A DNA stretch of 62,981 nt, the filler included, from Reticulomyxa filosa (Eukaryota > Protista > Foraminifera), in NCBI GenBank assembly GCA_000512085.1. It is 21 parts of 21 records of this genome, joined end to end, with 100 filler letters (N's around TTAATTAATTAA, not from the genome) between each part and the next. Parts side by side here need not be neighbours in the genome. Positions count along the whole stretch, not along the records: positions 61,710 to 62,981 come from ASPP01038704.1; 20 more parts are not named here. One strand, 5' to 3'. Both the position numbers and the translations under genes were made by a program. Below are positions 61,610-62,981 of the stretch, piece by piece. The stretch's first letter is position 1; every line of letters starts with the position of its first letter. The notes beneath the pieces are model-generated. The model saw only the letters and a program-made list of their open reading frames with translations, was not told the origin of the DNA and did no database searches.

Positions 61610-62981
61610 NNNNNNNNNNNNNNNNNNNNNNNNNNNNNNNNNNNNNNNNNNNNTTAATTAATTAANNNNNNNNNNNNNNNNNNNNNNNNNNNNNNNNNNN
61701 NNNNNNNNNTGCTGGGTGTTAACAATTGATGAACATTTCAGACACTGTACGTTCCGAAAATAAATGTCAATACTAGAAAGAAAATATTTTTTTGTATCAT
61801 TTTTTTTCTAAGCCTAAAATGACCTACATCAAAATATTTTAAAATAGTTATTGCATTTTCTTGTTATTAAAAAAATGATGTGTTTTTTTAGGGTGCGAAT
61901 TCGCGAATGGTTAAAGAGACAAAACGCAATCATAATTGATAATTTTTTCTCTGATTTATCAAGTGAGAAATTGTTTTTTCAACTTTACCAAACCTTTTGT
62001 TGCAATTGGGGGACAGTATATCGAAGGCCACTACGCACTTGCAGTGAAAACGATATGATTATATCTGGAGTACAATTTTGTTAAAGATGTCACATCATTT
62101 AATTCAGCACAAAAAAGTCTTGCAATCAGGAATTTCAACCTGTCAAAAAAAAAAAAGAATTTTTTTTTTTTACATAAGTTCGTATAAAAACGTTTTCGTT
62201 TGTATGAGCCCAATAATAAAAAAATAAACTTGAAATCAAACTTCTTGGTAGCCAAATCTTCGAATCCTTGGCAGTACGAACGACAATACTTCGCAGCATC
62301 CAGCTTGCGTGTTGCAGGTTGCTTCGTTCTCGCTGGAAAACGTGATCACACTGTTCGTTGTCGGATAACAATGCCACCACGAGGGACACTTGGGCGGCAA
62401 TGTTTCGTATTTTTTTATAACATCTCATTTTCAACAATATTGCGTTTCATCGAGATTATGCTCGCGCATGGTTATACGTGTCATAAAAACTATCACACGC
62501 TTCCTTCTTTAATTATTCGTGTCTTACGTAATATTCACCATTTGTACGACGTTCGCCACGGTCCAAGACGTGTCAAAGAACTAACTTTCAACTTATGAAC
62601 TTCCAACACATTGATATCCTTTGCTGTAAGTGAGAAATTCTCAAAATTTCTGCAACACGTCATATCAGGCATTACTCAAAGGGGGCTACCCCTATATCAA
62701 ACAAAATAAATGAACGAAAACTTCGATTTTTCTATAATAAGTTCACAAAATTTTATGATGTTCAATCAAAAAAAAATAGTAAACTTGATTTATTTTACTT
62801 TGATTTGTATTTATTCACAGTTTTTGATTGTTTTTTTATTTTTTTTTCGACAGTGTTCTCAAAGGGATTTAGAAAAAAAACTAGCTGATTGAATAACTTA
62901 ATGTCATTATAGAGAAAAAACGAAATTTTGTATTTTCTTCATTAATTTAGCAATAAATAGAAAATAAGAAACGGAATGACT

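Noticed and set aside
3280-61709. Regularly recurring TTAATTAATTAA palindrome flanked by Ns (CRISPR-like or repeat-like)
   Set aside because: Artificial linker used to concatenate contigs. ORFs ending in XXX-LIN or XXX-N are artefacts.
61710-62981. Short ORFs on the last contig, and the ORF at 59026-59232
   Set aside because: No recognisable motif or consistent splice model, so no call can be supported.
1-62981. tRNA, rRNA, CRISPR arrays, prokaryotic operons, intact transposase or reverse transcriptase
   Set aside because: None seen by eye. All identifiable genes are eukaryotic-type and mostly spliced.

Overview
This window is not one contiguous locus. It is 21 short, AT-rich eukaryotic contigs joined by artificial 100-nt spacers (N44-TTAATTAATTAA-N44), so gene neighbourhood across spacers means nothing. 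The genes contain introns and use the standard code. The gene families (Kelch-like and WD40 propellers with many decayed copies, TPR fragments, NACHT, RNF213-like) and the heavy microsatellite/homopolymer content resemble the foraminiferan Reticulomyxa filosa (Rhizaria); this is an inference from recall, not a database result. Recognisable, mostly partial genes: PKG/PKA-like kinase, CH-domain actin binder, Polo-like kinase, UPF1-like SF1 helicase, two calcineurin-B/NCS-type EF-hand proteins, a Kelch-like propeller, COMT-like methyltransferase, RNF213-like dynein-type AAA+ protein, NACHT NTPase, Alba protein, divergent actin, CaMK/CDPK kinase, eIF3e, SBF2/MADD-like protein, STK11IP/nischarin-like LRR protein and a UVRAG/ATG14-like protein. 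Most interesting observations: (1) pieces of an animal-like cell-autonomous immunity toolkit in a protist (RNF213-like ATPase, NACHT, possible caspase small subunit, fast-turnover propeller/TPR genes); (2) a degenerate alpha-kinase spliced in frame to the STK11IP/nischarin-like LRR; (3) an Alba + EF-hand fusion; (4) a ~35-aa exon-borne helical module shared between Kelch and WD40 genes; (5) atypical intron grammar, with GTT donors and A-rich acceptors lacking a polypyrimidine tract. All exon boundaries were deduced by hand from reading frame and homology.
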